From assembly GCA_951406725.2 (NCBI GenBank), contig OX597828.1, positions 10,788,001 to 10,852,000 on the forward strand: a DNA stretch of 64,000 nucleotides, given 5' to 3'. The stretch is from Octopus vulgaris. Lineage: Eukaryota. Shown here piece by piece: positions 1 through 13,184 of this stretch (the first letter of the stretch is position 1; the number at the start of each line of letters is the position of its first letter). The position numbers and the translations under genes were made by a program. The notes beneath the pieces are model-generated. The model saw nothing but the letters and a program-made list of their open reading frames with translations. It ran no database searches and was not told where the DNA came from.

Positions 1-586
1 GTAAGACATGTATTACACATCGTTTTCTCTTGATATATATTCGATTCATCTACATCACGTGGATTTAAATTCTGCAGTTGCTATATTGTATTAGAAGCTC
101 TTATTCAGAATCGAAAGTATTGTGAAAATGCCTTCTATGATTTCCTTCACGAAGAGAGCAAGGTGTATGGTTTTGAACTACACGCAGCTCTGTACTGATG
201 GATCGGATTATGCAGTGATAAGGAAACATGTACAAATACATAAATACATACACGCACACACACACACACATGTAAATATGTGTGTGTGATAGTATGTATG
301 TATATACATACTATCACACACACATCACACACAATTATATACGTTTTTATCATTTTTTTTGGAAATTTACTTAATCATTGGTATTTTATTGTTATTTTAA
401 TTTTAATATTTCTATTAAATGTAATTTTCAAGATGGTGTAATTTAATTGTTCATTTTGAATTGATAAAATGTGTTTTTTTCTAATTTTATATATATATTG
501 TATTGTGTGAAATTTGATTTAGTATTTCTAAATTGAATTTTTTTCCCTGTAAGTTAGGATTAATATTCCCTCAAATAACTATATAT

Positions 587-973
587 TTACTCTTTTACTT
601 GCGTCAGTCATTTGATTGCGGCCATGCAGGAGCACCACTTTTCATCGAGCAAATCGACCCCAGGACTTATTCTTTGTAAGCCTAGTACTTATTCTATCGG
701 TATCTTTTGCCGAATCGCTAAGTTACGGGGACGAAAATACACCAGCATCGGTTGTCAAACGATGTTGGGCAGACAAACACAGACACAAAGACATATACAC
801 ATACATGTATACGTATATACGACGGGCTTCTTTCAGTTTCCGTCTACCAAAGCCACTCACAAGCCTTTGGTCAATCTGAGGATATAGTAGAAAACATTAG
901 CCCAAGTTGTCACGCAGTGGGAATGAACCCAGAAGTATGTGGCTGGTAAGCTAGCTACTTACCACACAGCCAC
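587..973 (-). mobile_element. tRNA-derived SINE, family A (near full length)
   Basis: Reverse complement aligns along its length with the full copy at 37982-38397 (head gtggctgtgtggtaagtagc, body ttggtagacggaaactgaaagaagcccgtcgta, tail ...agtaaaagagtaa). Confidence 0.9.
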
Positions 974-995
974 GTATGCATGTATGTATGTATTT

Positions 996-1065
<70 letters not shown>

Positions 1066-1238
1066 GTATTTACATACATACACATATATATATATAAGTA
1101 CAAAATAAGGGATTACCTCAAATTGACTACTAGGTTGCTCCCAGTTAGGTATTCAAAATATGTTAATCAACGGTTAACCTATAAATGAAATTCAGTTCTT
1201 ATAAGAAAAGGAATTAGAGGAATATTCCATTAAGAACT

Positions 1239-1476
1239 CAGGCCTCTAAGCAGGTATCACTATGGCAACTCTCTCAGTCATGGTCAATAAGATGATTACA
1301 CGCTACGATCCTTTCTTCCAAGAACAGTTGGAAACAGCAGAAGTGAGTTAGAAGGTTTAACCTTAGTGCGCATGCACAACACAAGTTGAAGGTAAATCAA
1401 CGCCAAGCGTCCTTAAACCGTTTGCTTTATCTTCGTTACGATGGCAATAGTCCGGATACTTTTTGATCAGATCTCG
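1239..1476 (-). mobile_element. Mariner 5'-end fragment (same family as 61944-62827)
   Basis: Ends in gtccggatactttttgatcagatctcg|ta, the reverse complement of the TIR at 61944 (cgtggtttgatctataagtatccggac); internal sequence matches the 5' UTR of that element. Confidence 0.75.
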
Positions 1477-1481
1477 TATAC

Positions 1482-1528
<47 letters not shown>

Positions 1529-1965
1529 CTATACATCCAGAAACAATATGACCATCTGTGTAATCTTATAAAGAGCAAAAAACCTTTTCTTTCATCTGCA
1601 GGTCTTATCGACATGCAAATTTTTTATGATTTCCTTTCTGACGAATGAAATATTTGTCGGTCATTTAGAAAATGATATTTTTAATCGTACATATTATTAG
1701 AGATCATAACCTTGTTCTCTTTTGTAGATGAAATGACGGATATTTGTATATGACGTACAATAAATTGGTGGAATTGACACAGATGTTGGAATGCCGTACC
1801 ATAACTTTAGAGGCTTTTGATTTAGAGATATTTATATATCTCTGTACGAACACACCTATTTATCGATTTCATTCTCGTCGGATAAAACAGAAAGTGACAC
1901 AAATATTATAAGATTCAAGATTCAATTCAAAAGACCTAGAAACAGTAATTTTACAAAAGTCCTCC

Positions 1966-2018
1966 CCATATATATATATATATATATATATAGATATAGA
2001 TATAGATAGATATATAGT

Positions 2019-2090
<72 letters not shown>

Positions 2091-2117
2091 AAGATAGATA
2101 GATAGATAGATAGAATG

Positions 2118-2151
<34 letters not shown>

Positions 2152-2298
2152 GTATACATATATATATACATGCACATATATATATATATATACATATGAA
2201 TATGGATGTATGCATGTGTGTACATGTATATATGTGTGTGTATGTGTGTGCGTGTGTGTGTGTGTATATATATATATTTATATATATATATGCGTATG

Positions 2299-2329
<31 letters not shown>

Positions 2330-2446
2330 CTTAAATACATATACATAAATATAAGAAATTGAGACTGTGTGTATTAGTATTTGTCAAGTCAGATAGATAG
2401 ATAGATAGATATAGATAGATAGATAGATTGATAGATAGATAGATAT
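1966..2446. repeat. Compound microsatellite (TA)n/(GATA)n/(TG)n
   Basis: Directly visible; representative of dozens of such arrays across the window. Confidence 0.95.
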
Positions 2447-3077
2447 AAGTAATCGTTAGCAATATAAGAGAAGTCTAAATAAATCAATAGAGAAAGAGCA
2501 CAGAAGTACAGAGAAACGAAGCCTAATCACCAGCTATTCAGTTACCAACCAGCGTTGATGTTTTGCGTCCTCCTTACCTTAGAGGTGACAGCAGGAAGAA
2601 GCTGACGAATAAATACATGTTCTTTAAAGTAAGTACCATGGTATACTTCTTCGACTAAACCCTTCATTGCATTGTTCCAATATGGCCGCACTGCAAATGA
2701 CTGAAATAAGAAATATGGAAGATAACAGCGTATTAAAAATCGTTGAACGACAGGCCGCATACTTTTCAATTTATGATTCCACCTCTATACATAGTAACAT
2801 CCGTGTTTATTCCTTCCTTCACATATACCTCACGCAGAAAACATGAACAACAGCATTTCTATAGTGAATTCTATTCACAACCAGCCCCATTACTAACTTG
2901 TGATATATGCAAATATAAAATTCGAACTAATATTTTTTTTTAATTCTTAGTAAAAAAAAAATGTACACTTGAATACTATGATGGTCAGTCTTTCAATTCA
3001 ATACACGAGTTCATTTGAGTTTTGGTTTTATATTACACCAATCTGTCATGAGACTCTTTCTTTCACTTTCCCCTTCA

Positions 3078-3113
<36 letters not shown>

Positions 3114-3118
3114 GTCAC

Positions 3119-3151
<33 letters not shown>

Positions 3152-3210
3152 CTGTGTGTGCATATACGCATATATATATATATATATATCTATGTATATA
3201 TAAATGTGTA

Positions 3211-3273
<63 letters not shown>

Positions 3274-3298
3274 ATATATATATTTATGTATATATATT

Positions 3299-3360
<62 letters not shown>

Positions 3361-3966
3361 TATATATGTCTATATAGCTGTCCGTTCTTATCTATATCTA
3401 CAGCTCTGCCAACTAGGTTGCCCTCCGTCGTTCATTCCCTCTCTCACTCCCCTTTCTCTCCCTATCTACCTATCTATTTATCTCTGAATCTCTGCTTTGT
3501 TCTCCATCGGTCTATCTATTTCTCTTGCCCGCTCTCTCTCTCCCCCTCTCTCTCTCCTTGTTATTCTCTCCCTCACCTCTAAATGTTACTTTCTCCTTCT
3601 TTTGTTAATATTTTCATTGCATTAATGTATGCACACAGAAAGTAATTGCAAATTTTTTGCCGTATATGCCTCTATATGAATATATTTATATGTATACGCA
3701 AAACATTAACATGCGTGTGTGTGTGTCTGTATGTGTATAATTATAATAGAAAGAGATAGCTACATAGCTTATTGCAAGAACATGAATATAGTCATATATT
3801 GTATGTATGTGTATATATAGGTTTGTGGGTATGTAGTTATGCCCGTATCTCTCTATTTCTCTCTTTCTCTCTGTCTCTCTGTCTCTCCCTTATATATATA
3901 TATACATGTGTATATATACATATAGATATATATATATATATATATAGATATATTCACACACACACG

Positions 3967-4010
<44 letters not shown>

Positions 4011-5055
4011 TATCATGCTCTCTCTCTCTTTCTCTCATAAACACACACATACACACACACGATCACTCACTCACTTTTTACTCGCTTTTCATCATTACCT
4101 CGCTTTCTTACATTTTGTGTTTACCATTACTTGCCTTGGAAATTGATATCTTAAACTTAAGAAGAATTATATACGAGCAGTGATCGTTATTTGACGACAA
4201 ACTAGTTCGTTTTCTGTCGTATCAAAATTCCGTCTGACAGAATGTGTACACTTGCCTTCAACTGCTTGACGCCGTTGCATTCAGTTCACAACAACAGAAC
4301 AAAATGAAAAAAGAAAAACGGTAAAGAAAAGAGAGAGAGAGAGAGAGAGAGAATGAATGAATGAATGAAAATCAAGCAGAAAAGAAGTAAAGAAAACGAA
4401 AAATAAAGCAGCAACAAATACACGTTCACACAGACCGAACGACAGTTGAAGGATTGCTACAAGTTCGAAGGGCTACAAACAAGAATACAGAAGACCCCAG
4501 TGTCCATGGGTGACGTGTTGCGGTAATCAAATCCAAACAGAGCTGACATCAAATACAAAGTACTTTCGTTCTCTGAAGCAATCAAAACTTCTGCTGCCTA
4601 AGGCAGACGGAATGGAAAGATGGTCTTCCATTTTAATTCCGTAACGACGTCATTTGAATAAGAAGAAATTCTTGTGAGATAATTTTCAACCTAACAGTAG
4701 ACACAAGGGTATGGATGGAAGCGGTGTTGGAGTTGGAGAAATGATTGGTAAACATAGTGTATAATTTCAAGTGATGAACAAAATACTGTTACAGCAAATC
4801 TCGGAATTTATTGGCGCTGGGTGAGGTGTTTGAATATGAAATAAGCTTTGTAACCTGGTGGTCGTGAGTTCGAGTTCATTACGCAGAAATGTAGGATATC
4901 TATATTCTACCATAGACGTGAGCTAGCTGATATCTCATGACTGCAGACGTACGCTACCGTATATCTATAACTATTTATCTATCTATCTATCTATGTATCT
5001 CCCTCTCTTTCTCTCTCTCTCTCTCTCTCTCTGTATATATATATATATATATCTT

Positions 5056-5526
5056 TCTTTGACTGCGGCCATGCTGGAGCATCACCTTTAGTCGGGCAGA
5101 TCGACCCCAGAGCTTATTCTGTGTAACCCTAGTAATTATTCTATCGGTCACTTTTGCCGAACCGCTCACTTACGGGAACGTTAACACACCAGCATCGGTT
5201 GTCAAGTGATGTTGGGAGACAAACACAGAGACACAAACATATACACACACATTTATATATATACACATACGACGGGCTTCTTCCAGTTTCCACCTACCAA
5301 ATCCACTCACAAGGCTTTGGTCTCAGTTGGACTGAACCCATGACCATGTGGTTGGTAAGCAAGCTACTTTATTTTATCAAATTTGCCATAAAAGCAGTAC
5401 GTAGAGTGAGGAATCTTGCGGGTTGGACACAGACATTAATGAGGTGAATGATAGTGATACAAGGATGATAAGGATGGGAGAAGACAAAAAACGCCCGCCG
5501 ACTTACCACACATCCACTCCTGCGCC
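5056..5526 (-). mobile_element. SINE family A, internally deleted and interrupted by a 131-bp insert (5370-5500)
   Basis: Tail gactgcggccatgctggagc at ~5061; head resumes at 5501 (acttaccacacatccactcctgcgcc); ACTT duplicated at 5366-5369 and 5501-5504. Confidence 0.85.
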
Positions 5527-5535
5527 TATATATAT

Positions 5536-5575
<40 letters not shown>

Positions 5576-5606
5576 CGACATGTTCTTATATATGTATGCG
5601 TGTATG

Positions 5607-5655
<49 letters not shown>

Positions 5656-5738
5656 TGAGAGAGAGAGATAGATAGATAGATTGATAGATAGATAGGTAGG
5701 TAGATAGATAGATAGATAGATAGATAGATGGATAGACA

Positions 5739-5780
<42 letters not shown>

Positions 5781-7087
5781 TAGCTATATCACTGCCTCGA
5801 CTAGACTATCGGATGTTGTTAAATATCTCTGGTTAAAATACGCCTCTAATTCTAATGCTTCATTCTTTTCCATCTTCCCCCAAAATCGTTTCACTAAATC
5901 ACCTTCTTCTCGTCGTCCGGCAACGGTACGGGTCCAACAGACAGCCAGCAGAACACTTCGTTTTGGTATTCTTCTGCGATCACATCTCTTTACCTTATCT
6001 GATCTCGTTTGTCTCTATGAGCGTTGGCGCGCGTTTGTGTGTATGAGAATGTGTTTGTGTGTGTGAGTGCGTGCGTGTTTGTGTGTGTGTCTCTGTGAGT
6101 GTGTGTGTGTGTGTGTGTGTATGTGTGTGTGTGTGTGTGTGTGTGCGTGTATGTGCCCGCATACTTGCGTGTGAGTTGGCACGCGTTTGTGTGTATACTT
6201 GTTTCTATATGCAGTATGTATCAACGTAGAATACGAATAAAGATAATCCTGATCCGAGGTGAACTGGGGCTCAGAACACAACATTCGTGGCACTTGAGGC
6301 TGCTTTATTAAACACGATCCACATTAGATCTATAATCATAACCGTCACTCACAATTATAGCATTAGCCCTATGCTTATGGATTTTGCTTCTGAAGCCCAA
6401 TTTTTAATATACGATGTGTTGTGCGGCAATTTGGTGAAGTGTAGTAGGACATCCAAGGAAAATGATTTGAGAAGCATTGAGATTATTATACACATAACGC
6501 CATGGTGCAAGCTTGATCACTGATTCTGCATGAATAAAAGAATTATTCTTAGGTTTCATGCATTTTCACAATCCTCAGGATTTATACTGTAATAAATAAC
6601 ATACGAGTAGTTCTGTTGATTAAACAACTGAAACATTCTTTCGTCAAAATTGATGGGGATATCAATCAAACACTGTGGTTATTTGTTGCGCAAATATTAG
6701 TAATGTAATATATTCAACTATACGCAGAAACAGTGTAAATGTTTGGTTTGATAATATTAAATGGCTTACTGAACACAGAATTGTGCATTGTGCTTACGCA
6801 GTAATTGTCAATCTCTAACTGTGGTTTCAAAATTTGGTGCAGTATCAGTAATTTAAGTGGGTTGACAAAGTCGATTACAGCGACTTCTGTGCATGAATTA
6901 TACCTGTATTATCGTCCACGAGATGATGAAGAGCAATGTCGTCCTCAGCAGAATTTGAACTTGAGCATAAGACGAGGAAAACATTCTATGAGATAATTTG
7001 CCCGATTCACCCCTCAACACCAGCTTCTCAAAATCTAACACTATGTACAGGACATTTTCAGTTACTCTTCTTCTTCTCCTTCTTGTA

Positions 7088-7124
<37 letters not shown>

Positions 7125-7128
7125 CTTT

Positions 7129-7198
<70 letters not shown>

Positions 7199-7217
7199 TA
7201 TATAGAGAGAGAGAGAG

Positions 7218-7286
<69 letters not shown>

Positions 7287-8300
7287 CCTGGATCAAACAT
7301 GGACACGTACGCTTCTGAAAAAAAATAGTGGCTCGTTTCATTGATTCCAATATACTGTCACCTAACGCAGTGTTCGTTCTGTTATCATAGTTACCTCTTT
7401 CTCTCTCTCATTCCCAATATCTTCTCTAAGACGTGTCTTTCTGAAAGAGCATATATATATTCCGGAATTTACGTACATTATATATAATAATGACGTGTTT
7501 ATCGGTCATTCTTGCACCTACTTTTTTCTCCATCACCCTCTCCGTAAAGCAAGGAATCTAGGCTCCATGCCAGCTGTAAAACACATGGGAGCACACACAT
7601 ACAGGAAAACGAGGTGCTGAAAAAACAATATAAAACATTTCCAGCACAGAAATAATGGATGTACTTTTACGCAGGGGGGATGAATAGCTCGAGGCATCGA
7701 CCCAGTAATTTACTGGTATTTATTTTTATGAAAACCTGAAAATACAGAAATGAAAGTTAATATGGACTAAATTTGAACTCAGATCACCTGAACATAAAGA
7801 TGCGTTAATAAATACCATAAGAAAATTATTTACAAATCTCCTTATAGCACAAACAAAAACACGGGCAGTAGAGAAAGAACAAGTCCAAAACCAACGAGAA
7901 CAAAATTAACAATTATCTTTACAGTTATTCTTCAAGTTAATTAATAGTTTGTATTCCAAATGTACCGAATGCGTCAGAGAATCATTACTTCCAAGAATAT
8001 AGATAAACCAAGCAACGCATATTTTTTTTTCTCTTCTGCTACAGAATATAAATCTCAATTTTTGTTTTGTATTTTTTTTTTTTGGCGGGATATTTTCGTT
8101 AATAGCCTTTATAAGAAACGGCCTCTCTCCCTTTCTCTCTGTCTCCAGTTCCGTTCCATCTTAATCTATGGATACCAGCAAATAGTTTGCCGTCTCCTCA
8201 TACAGCTTTCCAAGTGCCTATACATACACAAGAGTAACTCACACATACACCGATATATATATATTTATATATATATACATACATATATATATATATATAT

Positions 8301-8406
<106 letters not shown>

Positions 8407-9454
8407 ATATATGTGTGCATGTCTGTATGCGTATACATATATGATAAATTTATTTTAATATGTATCATAACCATTGATTCTTCCAGCCTATATTTTCGTT
8501 AATGTATTTAGTTATAGCTATTCTAAGTACTTACGCTTTTTTCTTCCTTTATTATAATGATTTCTTTTCCTTTTTTTATTTATTTTTCGCCTTTTTACTG
8601 CCCCATCTTTATATTATTTCTTTTGCTTAGTTTTGTCTTCTTTTTCCCATGCTCCTACTGATTTATTTCAGACATGAGATATAACGAAATGTTTATCTTA
8701 TAGAATCACACGCAAACCTTTAGTACTGTTGTAAGTTTTCTTTGACAGTTTTACGACAACTAATTTCCGTTTTTTTAATATCACCCAATTTTTCTTTGCT
8801 TTATATTTTTGGGTTCATTTTCTAGTTTTTCTTAACATGAATCACGCATATTTCTCTCATATTAAACTCCATACAAATGCATATTTCTCTCATATTAAAT
8901 TCTCTATAAATGCATGTATACAAGTATATAAGGGTTTCTTTTTTTTTCTAACTGGAAGAGCATGTAGAAATAGGAGAAGGAATGGGAATAAGAATGGGAA
9001 GAAAGAAGGAGGAAGAATCGGAGATGAGATTAGAAATATATAGCGGTAGGTAAAGCGTTACATGGAAAAACAATGGTTATGTATATTCCTTTAAACGTTC
9101 AATTCTGATTCTTAGTTTGGTACATTCATAGGCATTTCCGGTTCAATAAATTTACCATGCATCAACCAGATGTGCGTTTATACATGGATATTTATATTCG
9201 TGTAACATCGTCTGATTTTCCGTCCTTGTTTCGTATTCATTAGATGCTTTCTTCCAAGGACTGGCCACATTGGAGCAATCTCAAGATTAATCAGCCGAAA
9301 TTGCGGGGATGATCCGGTTCTTGACTAAGGATAGAAAGCTTCGAATGGTCCTTGTTTTTTTTTTGTGTATCGTCTATCTCGATGTTTTGTTGTCCCTTTT
9401 TGTATCACCTAGTTGTCCGGGTGTTTTGCGTTCTTGTCCCATTTTGTATTTCAT

Positions 9455-9504
<50 letters not shown>

Positions 9505-9853
9505 AGACACACACACACACACACACACTCATATATATATGTATGTATGTATATAGTACAAACTCGTTAGTCTCGTAAGAAAGGTCATAGCTTATTTCTC
9601 TTTTGTAACCTTTTAGTTTCCAAGATCTTTGAGTGTAGTGAAAATGTGGAAGACGATGATTATACTCGGAGAGAACAGCTGACACAGTTGGTGGCAAGAA
9701 ACTTACGCTCCACTAAATTTACCCAACGATCAAATGGTATTTCCATGTGAGTAAAAGATGACATCTGCCAAAATAGGATTCAGAGCATAAGAGCATTGAA
9801 CCAATACTGTAAGATATCCTGCCATGCGGAACATTAACAATTCTTGCAGGGAT

Positions 9854-9889
<36 letters not shown>

Positions 9890-9890
<1 letters not shown>

Positions 9891-10239
9891 GAGCAAAAAG
9901 GCCCTCGTCCAATGGACGGTACTGAGTTGTCAAACATTTAAACCAAATTTTCTCAAAATAACTTGTCCGACGAGAAACACTAATTTAACCTAAATTTGTG
10001 ACACCAGCAAAAGGAGAAGTAAAGACACTTTTTTCTCTTCCAAGAGAAACGAATTTATAAATGCACGTTCCCACGGCTTTATCGATCGCATTCCCACCTG
10101 CAATCGATTTTTGTAATTTTTTCAAGACTTATACACGCCCTGATACCGTCGGGATATACATATCAAATTTCAGCGCAATCGGTTGGAGGATGCCGGAGAT
10201 CCTAGAAGACTCGCAGACAGTCAGAACGGATTTTATATA

Positions 10240-10240
<1 letters not shown>
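9890..10240 (-). mobile_element. Non-autonomous Helitron-like element
   Basis: Minus strand starts atataaaatccgttctgactgtctg...accgattgcgctgaaatttg; ends with hairpin cgtcc-att-ggacg (9906-9918) about 12 nt before CTCG|T (CTAG variant); sits in (TA)n, no TIR. Confidence 0.6.
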
Positions 10241-10313
<73 letters not shown>

Positions 10314-10344
10314 GCATATGTATATATATATAAACGTTTTTATG

Positions 10345-10742
10345 TTTCTACTGGTTGCAATTATTTGACTTGAGACATGCTGGGGCAACACCTTGAAGGG
10401 TTTTATTTGAACAAATCGACCACAGACTAGTTATTTTAAGCCTGGCATTTATTCTATCGGTCATTTGTACCAAACCGCTAGCTTACGGGGACGTAAAGAC
10501 ACTATATCGGTTGTTGAGTGGTGCTGGAGAACAAACACAGACATAAATTCACCCAAACCGTTAGCCACAACACATTTTTTTCTCTTCTTGTTTCTTTCTG
10601 TGTCCCTTTCTGTAGAAGAGCGTAGGCTCGAAACGTAAAAGACTTTTTCTATTCCTGAGCGTTATACTAATACATCTGTTTGTTTTGTAGACGACCGGTC
10701 TTCGTCTTTTGTTTTTTCGTAAACTCTCCTTATATATATATA

Positions 10743-10778
<36 letters not shown>

Positions 10779-10980
10779 TGTGTTTGTGTGTGCGTGTGTG
10801 TGTGTGTGTGTGCGTGTGCATTTACGATGGGCTTCTTTCAGTTTCTCTCTACCCAAATCACTCACAAGGCTTTGGTCAGCTCCAAGCTATAGAAGAAGCT
10901 ACTTGCCGAAGTTGCAACCTTGTGGGACTGAACACGGAACCATGTGGTTGGGGTGGAAGGTTCTTACAACCATGCCTGCG
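10345..10980 (-). mobile_element. Diverged SINE family A, split by insertion at ~10553-10732
   Basis: Tail/body 10345-10552 and head half 10821-10980 align to family A. Confidence 0.8.
10553..10732 (+). mobile_element. Short Penelope-like terminal-repeat element with hammerhead-like motif
   Basis: cttt-CTGTAGA-a-gagc(gtag)gctc-GAAA-cgta-aaag at 10606-10641; shares ttcctgagcgt downstream with the 18690-18908 element. Confidence 0.6.
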
Positions 10981-10988
10981 AGACTATG

Positions 10989-11063
<75 letters not shown>

Positions 11064-11101
11064 GGGAGGGAGAGAGATACAAATGTGTGAATATATATTT
11101 A

Positions 11102-11140
<39 letters not shown>

Positions 11141-11648
11141 TATATAAATTTGATCTGGTCCAATTCAGAGATCTTGAAATGAATTGATACTGATACTACG
11201 ACTCCTATGTATAAAAAAACGACTACAAACCATTGAGAAATATTCCATGATATTTCTTCACTATCAACAAAATGTATCCAAATGTCATGCAAATCACTAC
11301 GTCGTCTTACAAGCTGAAAGATACATTTATGTATGAATTATATACATATATGTAATTGTCCACTATGGCCGCCGAGACTGCTAGATCACGTGTTTTCTGC
11401 CTTTCTAGATATTGACAATCACTAACATCTGCGGCTAGACATACCAGCCGATTCCACCGTCCGCGATACATATAGAATCTCAGTATCTATTCAGGCACTA
11501 ATATCGCAAAAACACAGTGAGGTTATAAGAAAATGAATAGAGCCAGGAGCTGTATCATTCCCACAAGTTAATGTTTACCTTACACTTAAAGTTTATATGC
11601 ATAAACATATATGATGTATATTTGTATGTATGAACGTACGTATGTATG

Positions 11649-11702
<54 letters not shown>

Positions 11703-12059
11703 TGTGTGTGTATATGTATGTGTGTGTATATGTATATAATGTATATATTTATACATACATATGTACATATGCAGACATATATATATGAATATACAAAATA
11801 TCTACGTAACTGTATACGTGTATCTTTGTACGTGCATGCGTATATAAGAGATCAGGCAACGATAAGAATGCCGATGAACGAATATTTACTATACATATCG
11901 AATTAAATCTGTGTAAATAAATTTAATGTGAGGTCGCGCAGGTTAATAACTTAGAAATTTATGTAAAGAGACATTTAAATATTCTAGAATTTAAAGCATG
12001 TTAATATCATTAAGATTTAGATTTAATAACTTTTCTACTGCCCAAAAGGATGTAACCAT

Positions 12060-12069
12060 GAATTATTAT

Positions 12070-12103
<34 letters not shown>

Positions 12104-12128
12104 GCTGTTGTTATTATTATTATTATTA

Positions 12129-12169
<41 letters not shown>

Positions 12170-12271
12170 GTTATTATTATTATTATTATTTTTTTTTTTT
12201 TTTATTATTATTATTATTGCTGTTGTTGTTATTATCGTTATTATTGTTGTTGTTGTTGTTGCTATTATTAT
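12060..12271. repeat. (TTG)n/(TTA)n microsatellite
   Basis: Directly visible. Confidence 0.95.
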
Positions 12272-12956
12272 ATGAGATTTGCGTTCTTTCCGTCCATTTC
12301 GTGTTAATATTGATTTAAGTTTTTTTGGAAGTATATAACTGATTAAGTGAATTGTGTGGTTCCGAATACATAATTCGGCTCGTATGTTTGAGATTAAATG
12401 ATTTTCGCAGTAATTTTAATGTGTTTGAATTCAGAGAAGTTAAAATGAGTTGATGCTTATACTACAACACTTATCAATAATAAACGAAAAAAGACAATTG
12501 CAGGACATTTCATGATACTCCTTTACTAGCAAGAAATGGTTTCTTAATATCACTTAAATGACACACAATTATATCAGTCGTGGAAAGACATTTTTAATGT
12601 CTGAATAAAATAAAATATATTTCACAGCCGAAGAGATTTTTGTCGCACTTCAGCCCAAATAAATCTTAATTAAATCACATCTCACTGTTTTCCAAATAAT
12701 TAGAGAGCATTTGGTAACGTTGTTCTTGATAAAGTGAAAAAGAATGACATGATTATCATGAGAAATATATTACTGATAATAAGAATGCTTGAAAAGAAAT
12801 TATCCACTGCTTAAAAGTAATAAATCAAATGAAAATAACAAAATATAACAAAAACATGCAAAATTCTATATCATATACTTCCAGATGGGACCATGGTCCA
12901 CTGGATTGGCATTAATGGCTAGGCCTTCAGTGATTTTATTTAGTTTTTCTTTCGAA

Positions 12957-13184
12957 CAGTGATACTCAACCGATTTTACCTATGGATTTCTTTGATTTCT
13001 ATTTTACTCAAATGAACTATCCTAGCCATACGACATTTTTATAATTGAATATTATTAGGATCTGTAGAAAATTGTTAAAATATTTGCTGTATTTAAGGAG
13101 GATAACCAATTTATTGCCCATAAAGTTTAACAAAATTTTATATGGACACAAAAGATTCATATGGACACCGATTGAGAACCACTG
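12957..13184. mobile_element. hAT-Charlie-type MITE (228 bp)
   Basis: TIRs cagtgatactcaacc / gattgagaaccactg; candidate 8-bp TSDs ctttcgaa vs acttagaa (5/8 identical). Confidence 0.65.

Noticed and set aside
5785-6030. Unique GC-richer segment as a first exon
   Set aside because: Only a 29-codon ATG ORF with no recognisable homology or clear splice sites.
8846-8914. 33-bp tandem duplication (also short repeats at 25393-25434, 26761-26798, 58853-58883, and 47852/48771)
   Set aside because: Two or three copies with no spacers; ordinary slippage or repair products, not CRISPR-like arrays.
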